The notes: generated by a model from the letters alone, not told the origin. A stretch of 64,000 nt of DNA from Acidobacteriota bacterium (GCA_965248695.1 CBDFKD010000002.1:5161691-5225690); one strand, 5' to 3'. Numbered from the stretch's first letter, positions 29,886 through 38,949 are shown. Made by a program: numbers and translations.

Positions 29886-30443
29886 ATGAACAACCGCTGC
29901 ACGGCGATTACCACGAGCACCGGAAAACGCTGCAAACGCAAGGCGTTACCCGGATCGGATCGGTGTGCCATCCCCTCGCATGCCGAAGATGTTGTCCAGG
30001 AATGTCCAGGAGCCAACGTGCGCGCGCGCGCGAGGGATTGGGAATCGGTCTACTTCAAAGCGTTAGAGCGTGGACACACCAAGGAGTCTGCTGCCGGTGT
30101 CGCTGGCGTCAGCGCGGCAACGCCCTACAAGCGCGTGCAGCGGGGAGACACGGCGTTCGCCGAGCAGGAGGACATTCACTACAACCGGGGCTTGGGGATG
30201 CTCATGGAGGTGGCGCGGCGACGCATCCTGGATCCCAAGCGCCCTGGAGATCTCGTGCTCAAGCATCTGCTATCGGTTCGTGGCGTCAGCGAGCGCGTGC
30301 AAGTGACGGGTGCCGACGATGGCCCGGTCATCACCAGGATCGAGCGGGTCATCGTGTATCCCGAGAATCGGAATGACGATGCAGACGCTGACCCTAAGGC
30401 TGATGCAGCCGCCGGCCCCGAGGCTCAGGACGATGCGGCATGA
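29886..30443 (+). CDS. Putative terminase small subunit
   Basis: Lies immediately upstream of, and overlapping, the large terminase gene. N-terminal Cys/His knuckle (GKRCKRKALPGSDRC..H) and an HTH-like segment. Confidence 0.45.
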   Translation: MNNRCTAITTSTGKRCKRKALPGSDRCAIPSHAEDVVQECPGANVRARARDWESVYFKALERGHTKESAAGVAGVSAATPYKRVQRGDTAFAEQEDIHYNRGLGMLMEVARRRILDPKRPGDLVLKHLLSVRGVSERVQVTGADDGPVITRIERVIVYPENRNDDADADPKADAAAGPEAQDDAA

Positions 30444-31665
30444 CGGGCAGCATGAAGGCACGCTTCAGATCGACACGCCGCACGGGTTTGAGCCGCTGCT
30501 CAAGGAGCGCGCACGGTACCGGGGTGCGTACGGTGGGCGAGGATCAGGCAAGTCATGGTTTTTCGCCTCGCTGCTGGTGCAACGATGCCTAGAGGATCCC
30601 AACACCCGAGCCCTGTGCGTGCGCGAGGTGCAACGGTCGCTGGATCAGTCCGTGAAGCGGCTGCTAGAGGACACCATCGGAAGGCTCGGGGTGTCAGAGC
30701 ACTTCCGCATCCTCAACACGCATATCGAGACCGGCGCCAACGGCCGGATCATCTTTCACGGGATGCAGAACCATACGGCCGAGTCGATCAAGTCGCTGGA
30801 GGGGTATGGGATCGCGTGGGTGGAGGAGGCGCAGTCGCTATCAGCCAAGTCGCTAGAGCTGTTGCGCCCGACGGTGCGCGCCACCGGCTCGGAGCTGTGG
30901 TTTTCGTGGAACCCCAACAGTCCCACCGACCCGGTGGATGCGCTGCTCCGCGGCACCAATGCACCGCCCGGCGCGGTGGTGGTGGAGGCCAACTACGCGG
31001 ACAACCCCTGGTTCCCAGACGTGTTGGCCCAGGAGATGCAGTGGGACCGGGCGCGCGACCCGGACAAGTACGCCCACGTCTGGCTGGGGGAGTACGTGGG
31101 CCGGTCAGAAGCGCGAGTGTTCGACAACTGGAGCGTCGAGCAGTTCGCCGATCCGCCCGAAGGCACAGCGTTGTACTTCGGAGCCGACTGGGGTTTCTCA
31201 GTCGACCCGACGGTGCTGGTGCGCTGCTGGATCGATGGGCGGAAGTTGTACGTGGATCGGGAGGCGTACCAAGTGGGCTGCGAGATCGACCGCACGGCGG
31301 AGCTATTCGACTCCATCGACAACGGCCAGGCACGCGCCTGGCCGATCATCGCCGATTCCGCTCGTCCGGAGACGATCGCGTATCTGCAGCGACACGGGTA
31401 CCCGCGCATCGCCAAAGCGCGCAAGGGGCCGGGAAGCGTGGAAGAAGGTATCGAGTTTCTGCGCAGCTACGACATCGTCGTGCATCCCCGCTGCCACCAC
31501 ATGATCCAGGAGTTGACGTTGTACAGCTACAAGACGGATCGGCGCACGGGACAAGTGATCCCGGTGCTACAGGACACCCACAACCACGTCATCGACGCGC
31601 TGCGCTACGCGGTGGAGCGGGTGCGGAGAGTCGCGGTGAGGCAGCGACAGGTGGCCTGGGGGTGA
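30433..31665 (+). CDS. Terminase large subunit
   Basis: Start chosen at MRHDG. Walker A GGRGSGKS. Acidic nuclease-type C-terminal half. Confidence 0.8.
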   Translation: MRHDGQHEGTLQIDTPHGFEPLLKERARYRGAYGGRGSGKSWFFASLLVQRCLEDPNTRALCVREVQRSLDQSVKRLLEDTIGRLGVSEHFRILNTHIETGANGRIIFHGMQNHTAESIKSLEGYGIAWVEEAQSLSAKSLELLRPTVRATGSELWFSWNPNSPTDPVDALLRGTNAPPGAVVVEANYADNPWFPDVLAQEMQWDRARDPDKYAHVWLGEYVGRSEARVFDNWSVEQFADPPEGTALYFGADWGFSVDPTVLVRCWIDGRKLYVDREAYQVGCEIDRTAELFDSIDNGQARAWPIIADSARPETIAYLQRHGYPRIAKARKGPGSVEEGIEFLRSYDIVVHPRCHHMIQELTLYSYKTDRRTGQVIPVLQDTHNHVIDALRYAVERVRRVAVRQRQVAWG

Positions 31666-32071
31666 GGAGACGTGAGGAGACGCGCGCGCAGCAGCGAACC
31701 GATCTGCATTCGGTCGTTTCGTTGGTGCGCACGCCACCCCGAACCGGGGCGGCTCCCCGGAGCGATTTCATACAAGCACTCCAACGACCCTTGCATACCT
31801 TCCGAAGGGCAGCGTGGAGCCAACGTGCGGGTGGGACCGTGCAGGGCCACGACTGTCGCAGTAGGGACCGGGGGCGGATTGTTGTCTTCGACCCGAAGCC
31901 AGCCATACGGGGGCGTCCGCAAAAGCCACCTCCCCCACTAAGGACCAGGGGGAGTTGTCGGGTGTGCAAGTAGTAGTTAGAGGAACATATATCAGTAGAT
32001 CTCGTCCGCTAGGTCCGGGGGGGGGGGGAAAGGCCCCCGGTATGCGCGAGAGCTGAAAAAGGGGTGGGACG

Positions 32072-33487
32072 ATGCCAGTAGATACCGCTTCCGATACGTA
32101 TGAGGCGTTCGTCACCAAGTGGCAGCGGGTGCGTCATTGCTACGAAGGCTCTGACGCAGTCAAGGAGCAGGGGGCTGGATACCTGCCCCCGCTAGCGAGC
32201 CACGGACGCGAGCCAGCCAAGTACGAGGCTTACAAGCAACGAGCGCTGTTTTACAACGCCACCGGACGCACGGTGGATGGTTTGGCGGGACTGATCTTTC
32301 AGAAAGAGCCAACGCTTCTGCTGCCCGCAAGCATCCAGGATCACGATAGGGACGTGACGCTAGGGGGCGAGTCGGCCGAGACGTTCGCACTCCAAGCTAC
32401 CCGCGAGGTGCTGCTGACGGGTCGCTACGGAATCCTGGTGGAGATGGGCTCCGAACAGGTAGCGGGTAAGCGACCCTACTGGTGTGGGTATCGGGCCGAG
32501 GACATCGTGTCGTGGCGCACGCAGCGTCTGGGTGGCGATGAGATCACTACACGGGTGGTGCTCAGAGAGGTAGCGCGGGAGCCCGATGAGCGAGACGAGT
32601 TCGTCACGCGGCAAATCGATCAGTACCGGGTGCTGCGGCTACGAGACGGGGCATATACGCAAACGGTGTATCGGAAAGCCTCGAAATCCTCCTCCAAGTA
32701 CGAACCATGGACACCGCCGGGGCAGCAGGAGCCGGAAGTGGTGGCGATACGGCGCGGCGAGGCGCTGCCGTTCATTCCCTTCGTGTTCGTGTCTCCAAAC
32801 TCCACGTCGGCTCGGGTGGACAAGCCCCCCCTGCTGGACCTGGTGGATGTGAACCTGTCGCACTACCGGACGATGGCGGACCTAGAGCACGGGCGACACT
32901 TCACGGCACTGCCTACCCCGTGGGTAGCCGGGATCAAGGACGAGGAGTCAGGGCGGTTGGAGATCGGCTCGGGCACAGCGTGGATGCTGGAGCCCACCGG
33001 TAAGGCGGGGATGCTGGAGTTCACCGGCCAGGGGTTAGGGGCGTTGGACAAGGCATCGGAGGAAAAGCGCCTCATGATGGCGACGCTGGGTGCGCGGTTG
33101 TTGGAAGAGCAGCCGCGAGCGGCGGAGACCGCCACGGCGGTAGGGATGCGTCACGCTGGGGCCCACGCCACGCTGCGAACGGTGGCGCAGGCGATCGAGA
33201 GTGCCCTGGGTCAGGCGTGGCGGTATCACGCCTGGTGGATGGGTACGGAAGCCAAGCCAAGCGACGTGGAGGTTGCCTACGAGCTGAACAAGGACTTCGT
33301 GGCGGTGCCGATGAGGGCCGACATGTTGCGCTCCTTGGTGTTGGCGTTGCAGGCGGACGCGGTGTCGTTTGAGACCTTCTGGGCGGCGATGCAGAAGGGC
33401 GAGCTGGCGCGGCCGGGGGTGAGTGCGGAGGAGGAACAAGCGGAGATCGGGCGTCAGGGACCGGCGCTCGTGGGAGAGGTGGCGTGA
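32072..33487 (+). CDS. Portal protein (DUF4055-like)
   Basis: 471 aa and the first large gene after the terminase. Family assigned from memory of N-terminal conservation. Confidence 0.55.
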   Translation: MPVDTASDTYEAFVTKWQRVRHCYEGSDAVKEQGAGYLPPLASHGREPAKYEAYKQRALFYNATGRTVDGLAGLIFQKEPTLLLPASIQDHDRDVTLGGESAETFALQATREVLLTGRYGILVEMGSEQVAGKRPYWCGYRAEDIVSWRTQRLGGDEITTRVVLREVAREPDERDEFVTRQIDQYRVLRLRDGAYTQTVYRKASKSSSKYEPWTPPGQQEPEVVAIRRGEALPFIPFVFVSPNSTSARVDKPPLLDLVDVNLSHYRTMADLEHGRHFTALPTPWVAGIKDEESGRLEIGSGTAWMLEPTGKAGMLEFTGQGLGALDKASEEKRLMMATLGARLLEEQPRAAETATAVGMRHAGAHATLRTVAQAIESALGQAWRYHAWWMGTEAKPSDVEVAYELNKDFVAVPMRADMLRSLVLALQADAVSFETFWAAMQKGELARPGVSAEEEQAEIGRQGPALVGEVA

Positions 33488-33786
33488 GCAGGGTTCTAAG
33501 AGTTGACGGGATATCGGTAGCCGTTGAGGAGGTGCCTCGTATCCATATAACCGAGGAGGCTCACGGCGAGTTTATTAGCCAGCCGACGCCGCACATTCGG
33601 CTAGCAGAGGACTTGCCGGACGGTGAATGGAAGCACTATGTGCTGCTGCATGAGTGGGTGCATGCGGTGTTATTCGTGCGGGGGCTGAGCTCGGTTCTCG
33701 AAGAGCATCAAGAACTCGAAGAGTTGGTATGCAACGCCATTGCATCCGAGATGGTCAAGGGGGGGTTATTTCCCGATGCCACGTAG
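33484..33786 (+). CDS. Small HExxH protein (putative zinc metallopeptidase-like)
   Basis: Overlaps the portal stop (GTGA). Contains VLLHEWVHAVLF. Confidence 0.4.
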   Translation: MSRVLRVDGISVAVEEVPRIHITEEAHGEFISQPTPHIRLAEDLPDGEWKHYVLLHEWVHAVLFVRGLSSVLEEHQELEELVCNAIASEMVKGGLFPDAT

Positions 33787-34054
33787 AGAGCCTGCGTATC
33801 GGGAGCTTCATGCGGCCGCCGACAGGATCGAGCCGCGCCTGGAGCGGGCGTTCGTACGGGCCATGGAGCGCTTGCGGGATCAGGTGTCGATCAACGAGCT
33901 AGCGCTAGCGCTGTCGGCCGGCGATGCGAAGGGGGCGCTGCGGCGGGTGCCGGTGGGTGAGGTTCGGGAGGCGTTGGAGGGAGTGGGAGACAGCGTGCAG
34001 GAGGCGTTCATGCGCGGTGGAAGACTCGGGGCGAAGCGAATCAATGAGCTCTAG
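33776..34054 (+). CDS. Head morphogenesis protein, N-terminal fragment
   Basis: Lies upstream of the Mu F/SPP1 gp7-type C-terminal domain gene. Ends in a stop 1 nt before the next ATG. Confidence 0.4.
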   Translation: MPRREPAYRELHAAADRIEPRLERAFVRAMERLRDQVSINELALALSAGDAKGALRRVPVGEVREALEGVGDSVQEAFMRGGRLGAKRINEL

Positions 34055-34055
34055 G

Positions 34056-34370
34056 ATGGAGCGGGCGTTCGTACGGGCCATGGAGCGCTTGCGGGAGGGT
34101 CTGTACGACGAGGCTGGTGCCGAGAGCTTGATGGCGCCTGTTCTGGTGGAGTGGCACGACTCGTACGGCTGTTCTGCCAGTTGGCAGCCATTGGATATGA
34201 TCGAGCCTGCGGCTCTCGTGTACCGGTCTGTAGGGTGGTTGGTACACGAAGACGATCAGTGTCTCGTGGTTGTGCCCCACCTGACGGACCAGACTGAGGG
34301 AGTTGCCCGCCAGGGGTGCGGCGACATGACGATTCCACGCTGCGCGGTGCTACGCGCGTCCAACGCCTAA
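34056..34370 (+). CDS. Hypothetical protein whose first 13 codons repeat part of the preceding gene
   Basis: Codons 2-13 (ERAFVRAMERLR) are encoded by 34057-34096, an exact copy of 33840-33879. The start codon differs (ATG versus CTG). Confidence 0.4.
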   Translation: MERAFVRAMERLREGLYDEAGAESLMAPVLVEWHDSYGCSASWQPLDMIEPAALVYRSVGWLVHEDDQCLVVVPHLTDQTEGVARQGCGDMTIPRCAVLRASNA

Positions 34371-34384
34371 CGAGCCGGTAAGCG

Positions 34385-34966
34385 ATGGCCACGACCAGCA
34401 CTTCCTTCCGGTTCGACGCCACGCTCCCGGCAGCACAGCGCGCCGCTGCCCGCCATGCGGCACGGCTCGTCAAGGGAGTCTCAGAGGAGACCCGTCGGGG
34501 TATTCGTGCAGCCATCGTGCGCGCCATCCGCGAGGGGCAGCCTCCGTTCGAGGCGGCACGCGCGATCCAACCGATGATCGGACTGAACGCGCAACAGGTC
34601 CAAGCGGCGCTGAATTACCGCGCCGAGCTGATCGACCAGGGGCTGACGCTGCAGTTTGTCGACCGCAAGGTGGACCGCTACGTGCAGAAGAAGCTTCGGG
34701 AGCGAGCCCGAACGATCGCCCGCACCGAGATCATGAACGCGCTCAATGCGGGGCAGGAAGAATCCTGGCGTCAGGCGCAGCGGGCGGGGCTGTTGCCCAA
34801 GGGGCAGAAGAAAGTATGGATCGTCACGCCGGATGATCGGCTCTGCCCGATTTGTGAGCCGATGCGTGACGCCGTGGCGGAGGTTGGTAAGCCGTTTCCG
34901 ATTCCGGGGCCACCGGCGCATCCTCGGTGCCGGTGCGCGGTGGGGATCGCTACAGACGGCCGCTAG
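34385..34966 (+). CDS. Head morphogenesis protein, Mu F / SPP1 gp7-type domain
   Basis: ARTEIMNALN and the C-terminal HPRCRC motif are typical of minor capsid/head morphogenesis proteins. Confidence 0.65.
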   Translation: MATTSTSFRFDATLPAAQRAAARHAARLVKGVSEETRRGIRAAIVRAIREGQPPFEAARAIQPMIGLNAQQVQAALNYRAELIDQGLTLQFVDRKVDRYVQKKLRERARTIARTEIMNALNAGQEESWRQAQRAGLLPKGQKKVWIVTPDDRLCPICEPMRDAVAEVGKPFPIPGPPAHPRCRCAVGIATDGR

Positions 34967-35110
34967 AGCACGTTAATCGCGTGTAGCACGCAGTCTCCCC
35001 TGATACCACCAGATCGGGGAGGAGAAACGATCTTCGCCACAGCAGCAATCTCCATAGCGAAGACATAGCTATAGAAGAACAAAGTTAGTCACTTTTGCGC
35101 AAGGGGGGTG

Positions 35111-35140
35111 TTGACACCGCAACCAGGATCGTCGTATTGA
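35111..35140 (+). promoter_or_regulatory. Sigma70-like promoter candidate upstream of the scaffold gene
   Basis: TTGACA at 35111-35116, an 18-nt spacer, then TATTGA at 35135-35140. Confidence 0.35.
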
Positions 35141-35214
35141 TTCAAGGAGACGGATTCAGACGCAACGGACCGTAGCCGGGGGGCCACGGTCGGTCGCGCT
35201 GACAGGGTGGGAGC

Positions 35215-35976
35215 ATGCAAGTCGTCGTTGAAGATCTGGGTGCCGTTGCCGAAGCACTTCGCGACGAGTACGTGGAGCGTGACGGTAAGTACGTACTGAA
35301 GCTCGAAGGCGATGTGCCGGGGATGGTGGTGGCCTCGGAGCTGGAGGAGCAGAAGAAGGCCACGGCGCATTTCCGGGATAGCAACGTTGGTCTGAACAGC
35401 AAGATCGGTGATTTGACCACGAGGCTCGATGAGATCTCCGGTCTTGAGGACAAGTACACGAGCGCCGTCACGGAGCTTGAGACGTTGAAGAAGACGGCGC
35501 CCAAGAAGGACGCGGAGATGCAAGCGATCCAGGCGCAGCTAGAGTCATTGGCAAAAAAGCTCGATGAGTCCAATGCGCGCGAGGTGGCGGCACGGCAGCA
35601 AGCGGCACGGAAGGATCTTGAGTCGCAGCTGCGAACCGTGGGATCCAAGCTCGGAGTACGTGACGAGGCGTGGGAAGACTTTTTGTCTCGTGGAACAGCG
35701 GTCTTCCAGCTGACCGAAGAGGACGGCAAGGTCGTTGCCAAGCGTGGCGAGGAGCCGTTGTTTTCCGAAATCAACCCGGCGCTGCCGCTCACGATGCAAG
35801 AGTGGGGCGAGAGGCTACAGCGACAAGCGGCGCATCTGTTCAAGGAATCCACCGGAGGTGGAGCACGCCCGAGCGATACGAGCGGTTCCACAACGGGCAT
35901 GGCACGTATGGTTTCGGAAGATCAGTTCGGGGGGAGCTTGGAGGACATTGCGGCCGGCAAGGCCGTAGTACAGTAG
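35215..35976 (+). CDS. Scaffolding protein
   Basis: Acidic, coiled-coil-rich 253-aa protein directly upstream of the capsid gene. Confidence 0.55.
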   Translation: MQVVVEDLGAVAEALRDEYVERDGKYVLKLEGDVPGMVVASELEEQKKATAHFRDSNVGLNSKIGDLTTRLDEISGLEDKYTSAVTELETLKKTAPKKDAEMQAIQAQLESLAKKLDESNAREVAARQQAARKDLESQLRTVGSKLGVRDEAWEDFLSRGTAVFQLTEEDGKVVAKRGEEPLFSEINPALPLTMQEWGERLQRQAAHLFKESTGGGARPSDTSGSTTGMARMVSEDQFGGSLEDIAAGKAVVQ

Positions 35977-35990
35977 AGGACAGCAGTACC

Positions 35991-36277
35991 GAGCGTGACG
36001 TAGCACGCCATTAGGCTACGGCGGCTAACAGGGTCTCTTTAGATCCAGGGGGCCGCGCCCCGGTGGGGACGAATCGGAAGTAACCGAGCGTGACGCGGTG
36101 CGGTACGAAGCCGCGGCGGCTGGTGGATCTTGAAGGATCCAAGGGCCGTGCCCCGGTGGGGACGAATTCGGTAGTACTAAGACATATTCTGAGAGCGTGA
36201 CGTGGCACGCCATTAGGTCACGGCGGCTAACAGGGTCTCTTCAGATCCAGGGGGCCGCGCCCCGGTGGGGACGAATC
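35991..36277 (+). repeat. Three tandem ~85-nt hairpin-rich modules
   Basis: Units at 35991-36075, 36086-36169 and 36193-36277. Each reads GAGCGTGA, hairpin, GCGGCT, hairpin, GGGCCGYGCCCCGGTGGGGACGAAT. Confidence 0.7.
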
Positions 36278-36309
36278 CGCAACTTCTTTTGTGGAGGAGT
36301 GCCCCGACA

Positions 36310-37425
36310 GTGGCCAATACCAACACCACCACGCATATCGTTGACCGTCTGTTGGCACAGGGTCTGTTGGCTCTGCGCGAGATGGTGGTCATGCCGCGGT
36401 TCGTCAACCGCGCCTACGAAAACGTTCCGGGCGATCAGTACTCGACGATCGATGTACCGATCCCCTCGGCGATCGCCGCAACCGCGGTAACGCCTTCCAA
36501 CACGCCGCCCGACGATGCCGGGATCGCGCCGACGAAGGTGTCGCTCGTACTGGATCAGTGGTACGAGGCGCCGTTTTTCCTCAACGACAAGGAAATGCTG
36601 GAGGTGCAGTCGGGAACGATCCCGATGCAAGCCTCCGAGGCGATCAAGGCGCTGGCGAACAACATCGACAACGCCATCCTTGCCAAGTACAAGGACATCT
36701 ACGGGTACGCCGGCACGGCGGGCACCACGCCGTTTACGAGCGACCTGTCGGCGTTCGTGAACGCCCGCAAGGTGCTCAACGAACAGCTCGCGCCACTGGA
36801 TCCACGCTTTTGCGTGATCGATCCGGATGCAGAGGCGAACGCGCTGAACCTGCGCGCCTTCCAGGACGCCAGTTACCGGGGTGACCGTCAGGGTATCTTG
36901 CGTGGTGAGATCGGCGAGAAGCTCGGCTCCATGTGGGCGATGGACCAGAACGTTCCAACGCATACCACGGGCGGCGGCTCAGGCTGGCTGGTGAACCAGT
37001 CGGACCATGTGGTGGGCAACGGAACCGTGACGATCGATACCGGCTCGGGCGATCCCGCCGAGGGCGACATCTTCACGGTGGCCGGTGACACGCAGACCTA
37101 CGTCGTGGAGGCCTACGGGAGCAACGTCATCACCTACGCACCGGCGTCGAAGGTTGCCTGGGCCGACGATGCGGCGCTGACGTTCAAGGGCAGCCACACG
37201 GTGAACCTGGCGTTTCACCGTGACGCCTTCGCGTTGGCCATGCGGCCGTTCCAGGGAGCCGACCCGATGGGAGTCGGGACGTTCCGCGCGGCGGTCGACC
37301 CGGTATCGGGCTTGGCGCTGCGACTGGAAGTGTCGCGTCAGCACAAGAGGACTCGCTTCTCCTACGACTCCCTCTACGGTGTGCAGACGGTTCGCCCGGA
37401 GCTGGCGGTGCGCGTCGCAGGCTAA
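36310..37425 (+). CDS. Major capsid protein (P22 coat-like)
   Basis: GTG at 36310, about 10 nt after GGAGGAG. 371 aa. Called from position and family resemblance. Confidence 0.6.
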   Translation: MANTNTTTHIVDRLLAQGLLALREMVVMPRFVNRAYENVPGDQYSTIDVPIPSAIAATAVTPSNTPPDDAGIAPTKVSLVLDQWYEAPFFLNDKEMLEVQSGTIPMQASEAIKALANNIDNAILAKYKDIYGYAGTAGTTPFTSDLSAFVNARKVLNEQLAPLDPRFCVIDPDAEANALNLRAFQDASYRGDRQGILRGEIGEKLGSMWAMDQNVPTHTTGGGSGWLVNQSDHVVGNGTVTIDTGSGDPAEGDIFTVAGDTQTYVVEAYGSNVITYAPASKVAWADDAALTFKGSHTVNLAFHRDAFALAMRPFQGADPMGVGTFRAAVDPVSGLALRLEVSRQHKRTRFSYDSLYGVQTVRPELAVRVAG

Positions 37426-37447
37426 TCGGCTGGGTCCACAATGATGA

Positions 37448-37484
37448 GGCTCGGTCGCGCTGGCTGCGTGCTCGCGACCGAGCC
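37448..37484 (+). terminator. Hairpin after the capsid gene (terminator/attenuator candidate)
   Basis: 12-bp perfect stem, 37448-37459 pairing with 37473-37484. No U-tract follows. Confidence 0.35.
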
Positions 37485-37507
37485 CACACCCCCTAGGTGA
37501 CAAAGCG

Positions 37508-37681
37508 ATGGCTGCAATACCGACTCAGAAAGTCCGTCGCAAAAGCGATGGGGCGGAGTGCGTGATCAATCGAGAAGAGTTCAACGAACACGACTACGAG
37601 GAGATAGCCAAGCCGAAGGCTAGAGGCGGTGGCAAGCCGAAGTCCAAGGCGCAGCCTACGAAAAGGCGCAAGGGGAACTGA
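37508..37681 (+). CDS. Small basic protein (57 aa), absent from the ORF track
   Basis: ATG lies 7 nt after AGGTGA. Lys/Arg-rich C-terminus. Its stop overlaps the next ATG (TGATG). Confidence 0.4.
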   Translation: MAAIPTQKVRRKSDGAECVINREEFNEHDYEEIAKPKARGGGKPKSKAQPTKRRKGN

Positions 37682-38220
37682 TGGCGACCTCGGTACTGAA
37701 TGCGACCGTCGGCGGGGCTTGGAGCAACACCTACGCCACGCTGGGGGAGGCCGAGCAGTACCACGAGGACCGGGTCGCGTCCGGTACGGCGTGGACAGCC
37801 ACGAGCACCGAGGAGGATGCCAAGACCAAGGCGCTGTTGATGGCGACGCTGCTGCTGGACCGAGCCTTTGAGTGGAGCGGGCACGCGGTGGATCGGAACC
37901 AGGCGCTGCAATGGCCCCGCACGGGGATGCTCAAGCCGACCGGGTTTGAGCACGTCGCCTCCACCGAGATCCCGGTGCAGATCAAGAACGCGCAGGCGGA
38001 ATACGCCCGGCAACTGCTGGCCGATCTCGGCCGCACGGATGATTCCGATATCGAGACCAAAGGCATCACCAGGATCAAGGCAGGGCCGGTGGAGTTGGAG
38101 TTCAAAGACTCCGTGTTTGCCAAGGCGGTGCCGGACCTGGTGGTGCTGCTGCTCCCGGAGCACTGGTACTACGCGGTACGGGGCCGTGCCTCCGGTACGC
38201 GACAGCTGGTGAGGGCGTAG
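37681..38220 (+). CDS. Head-tail connector / adaptor protein (DnaT-like DNA-binding fold family)
   Basis: Called from position and conserved blocks (LGEAEQYH, ALQWPRTG). Confidence 0.5.
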   Translation: MATSVLNATVGGAWSNTYATLGEAEQYHEDRVASGTAWTATSTEEDAKTKALLMATLLLDRAFEWSGHAVDRNQALQWPRTGMLKPTGFEHVASTEIPVQIKNAQAEYARQLLADLGRTDDSDIETKGITRIKAGPVELEFKDSVFAKAVPDLVVLLLPEHWYYAVRGRASGTRQLVRA

Positions 38221-38224
38221 CGAT

Positions 38225-38581
38225 ATGGGCTTGGAGAGTCTCGTTGCCTCCGGTGTGGCGCTGGCCAACAGCCTCACGAGCGACCTGCAGCACGACGTGG
38301 TCCACGAAGCGTATGAAGGCCCCAATGACCAGGGGGCACCGACGTATGGCTCAGCGGTACAGCGGCCAGCGCTCGTGGAGCACAGGCAGCGACAGGTGCG
38401 CGGCGACGAGGGCAACGTGGTGATGGCGCGGGCCAAGGTGAGCTTTCTGCACCCGGTGCGGATCGGTCCGTTGGATCGGATCACGCTACCGGACGGCACG
38501 ACGGGGCCGATCCTGGATATCGAGGGGATGGTGAATGGCTCCACCGGGGCACCCTACATGCTCGAGGTGTGGCTGGGATGA
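38225..38581 (+). CDS. Head-tail joining protein (hypothetical)
   Basis: Called from position within the connector module only. Confidence 0.35.
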   Translation: MGLESLVASGVALANSLTSDLQHDVVHEAYEGPNDQGAPTYGSAVQRPALVEHRQRQVRGDEGNVVMARAKVSFLHPVRIGPLDRITLPDGTTGPILDIEGMVNGSTGAPYMLEVWLG

Positions 38582-38949
38582 GCGTACGGATCGAGGGGTT
38601 GTCTGAGCTGAGGCGCAAGCTGGGGGCCGTAACGGCTCGCATGCCGAGCAAGATCGAGGCGGCGTTGCACCGGGAGGCTCAAAAGATCGCCACCAAGAGC
38701 CGTCGGCGAACCCCGGTGGATACCGGCGCACTACGTGCCAGCCACAACGTGGAGGCGCCCAGGCGGTCGGGTCGGGATGTATCGGTGCGGATCGGTGTTG
38801 GGGGGCCGGCGGTGAGCTACGCACACCGCGTACACGAGGACCTAGAGGCGCGCCACACGGTGGGCGAGGCGAAGTTTCTGGAGAACTCCGTGACCGAGGC
38901 GATTCCAGGGATGGCGGCGCGGATCGGCAAGGGGTTGTTGGAGCGCTGA
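38578..38949 (+). CDS. HK97 gp10-family tail/neck component
   Basis: MSVRIEGLSELRRKL...TPVDTGALRAS pattern. ATGA overlap with the upstream gene. Confidence 0.6.
   Translation: MSVRIEGLSELRRKLGAVTARMPSKIEAALHREAQKIATKSRRRTPVDTGALRASHNVEAPRRSGRDVSVRIGVGGPAVSYAHRVHEDLEARHTVGEAKFLENSVTEAIPGMAARIGKGLLER

Noticed and set aside
31672-31941. 89-aa ORF in the terminase-portal gap
   Set aside because: It has an Arg/Cys/Pro-rich improbable composition, no SD, and no coupling to its neighbours. The region is treated as non-coding.
35991-36277. CRISPR array
   Set aside because: The repeat units are ~85 nt and are separated by only 10- and 23-nt linkers rather than unique spacers. There are three copies, no cas genes, and the internal variation is compensatory within hairpins.
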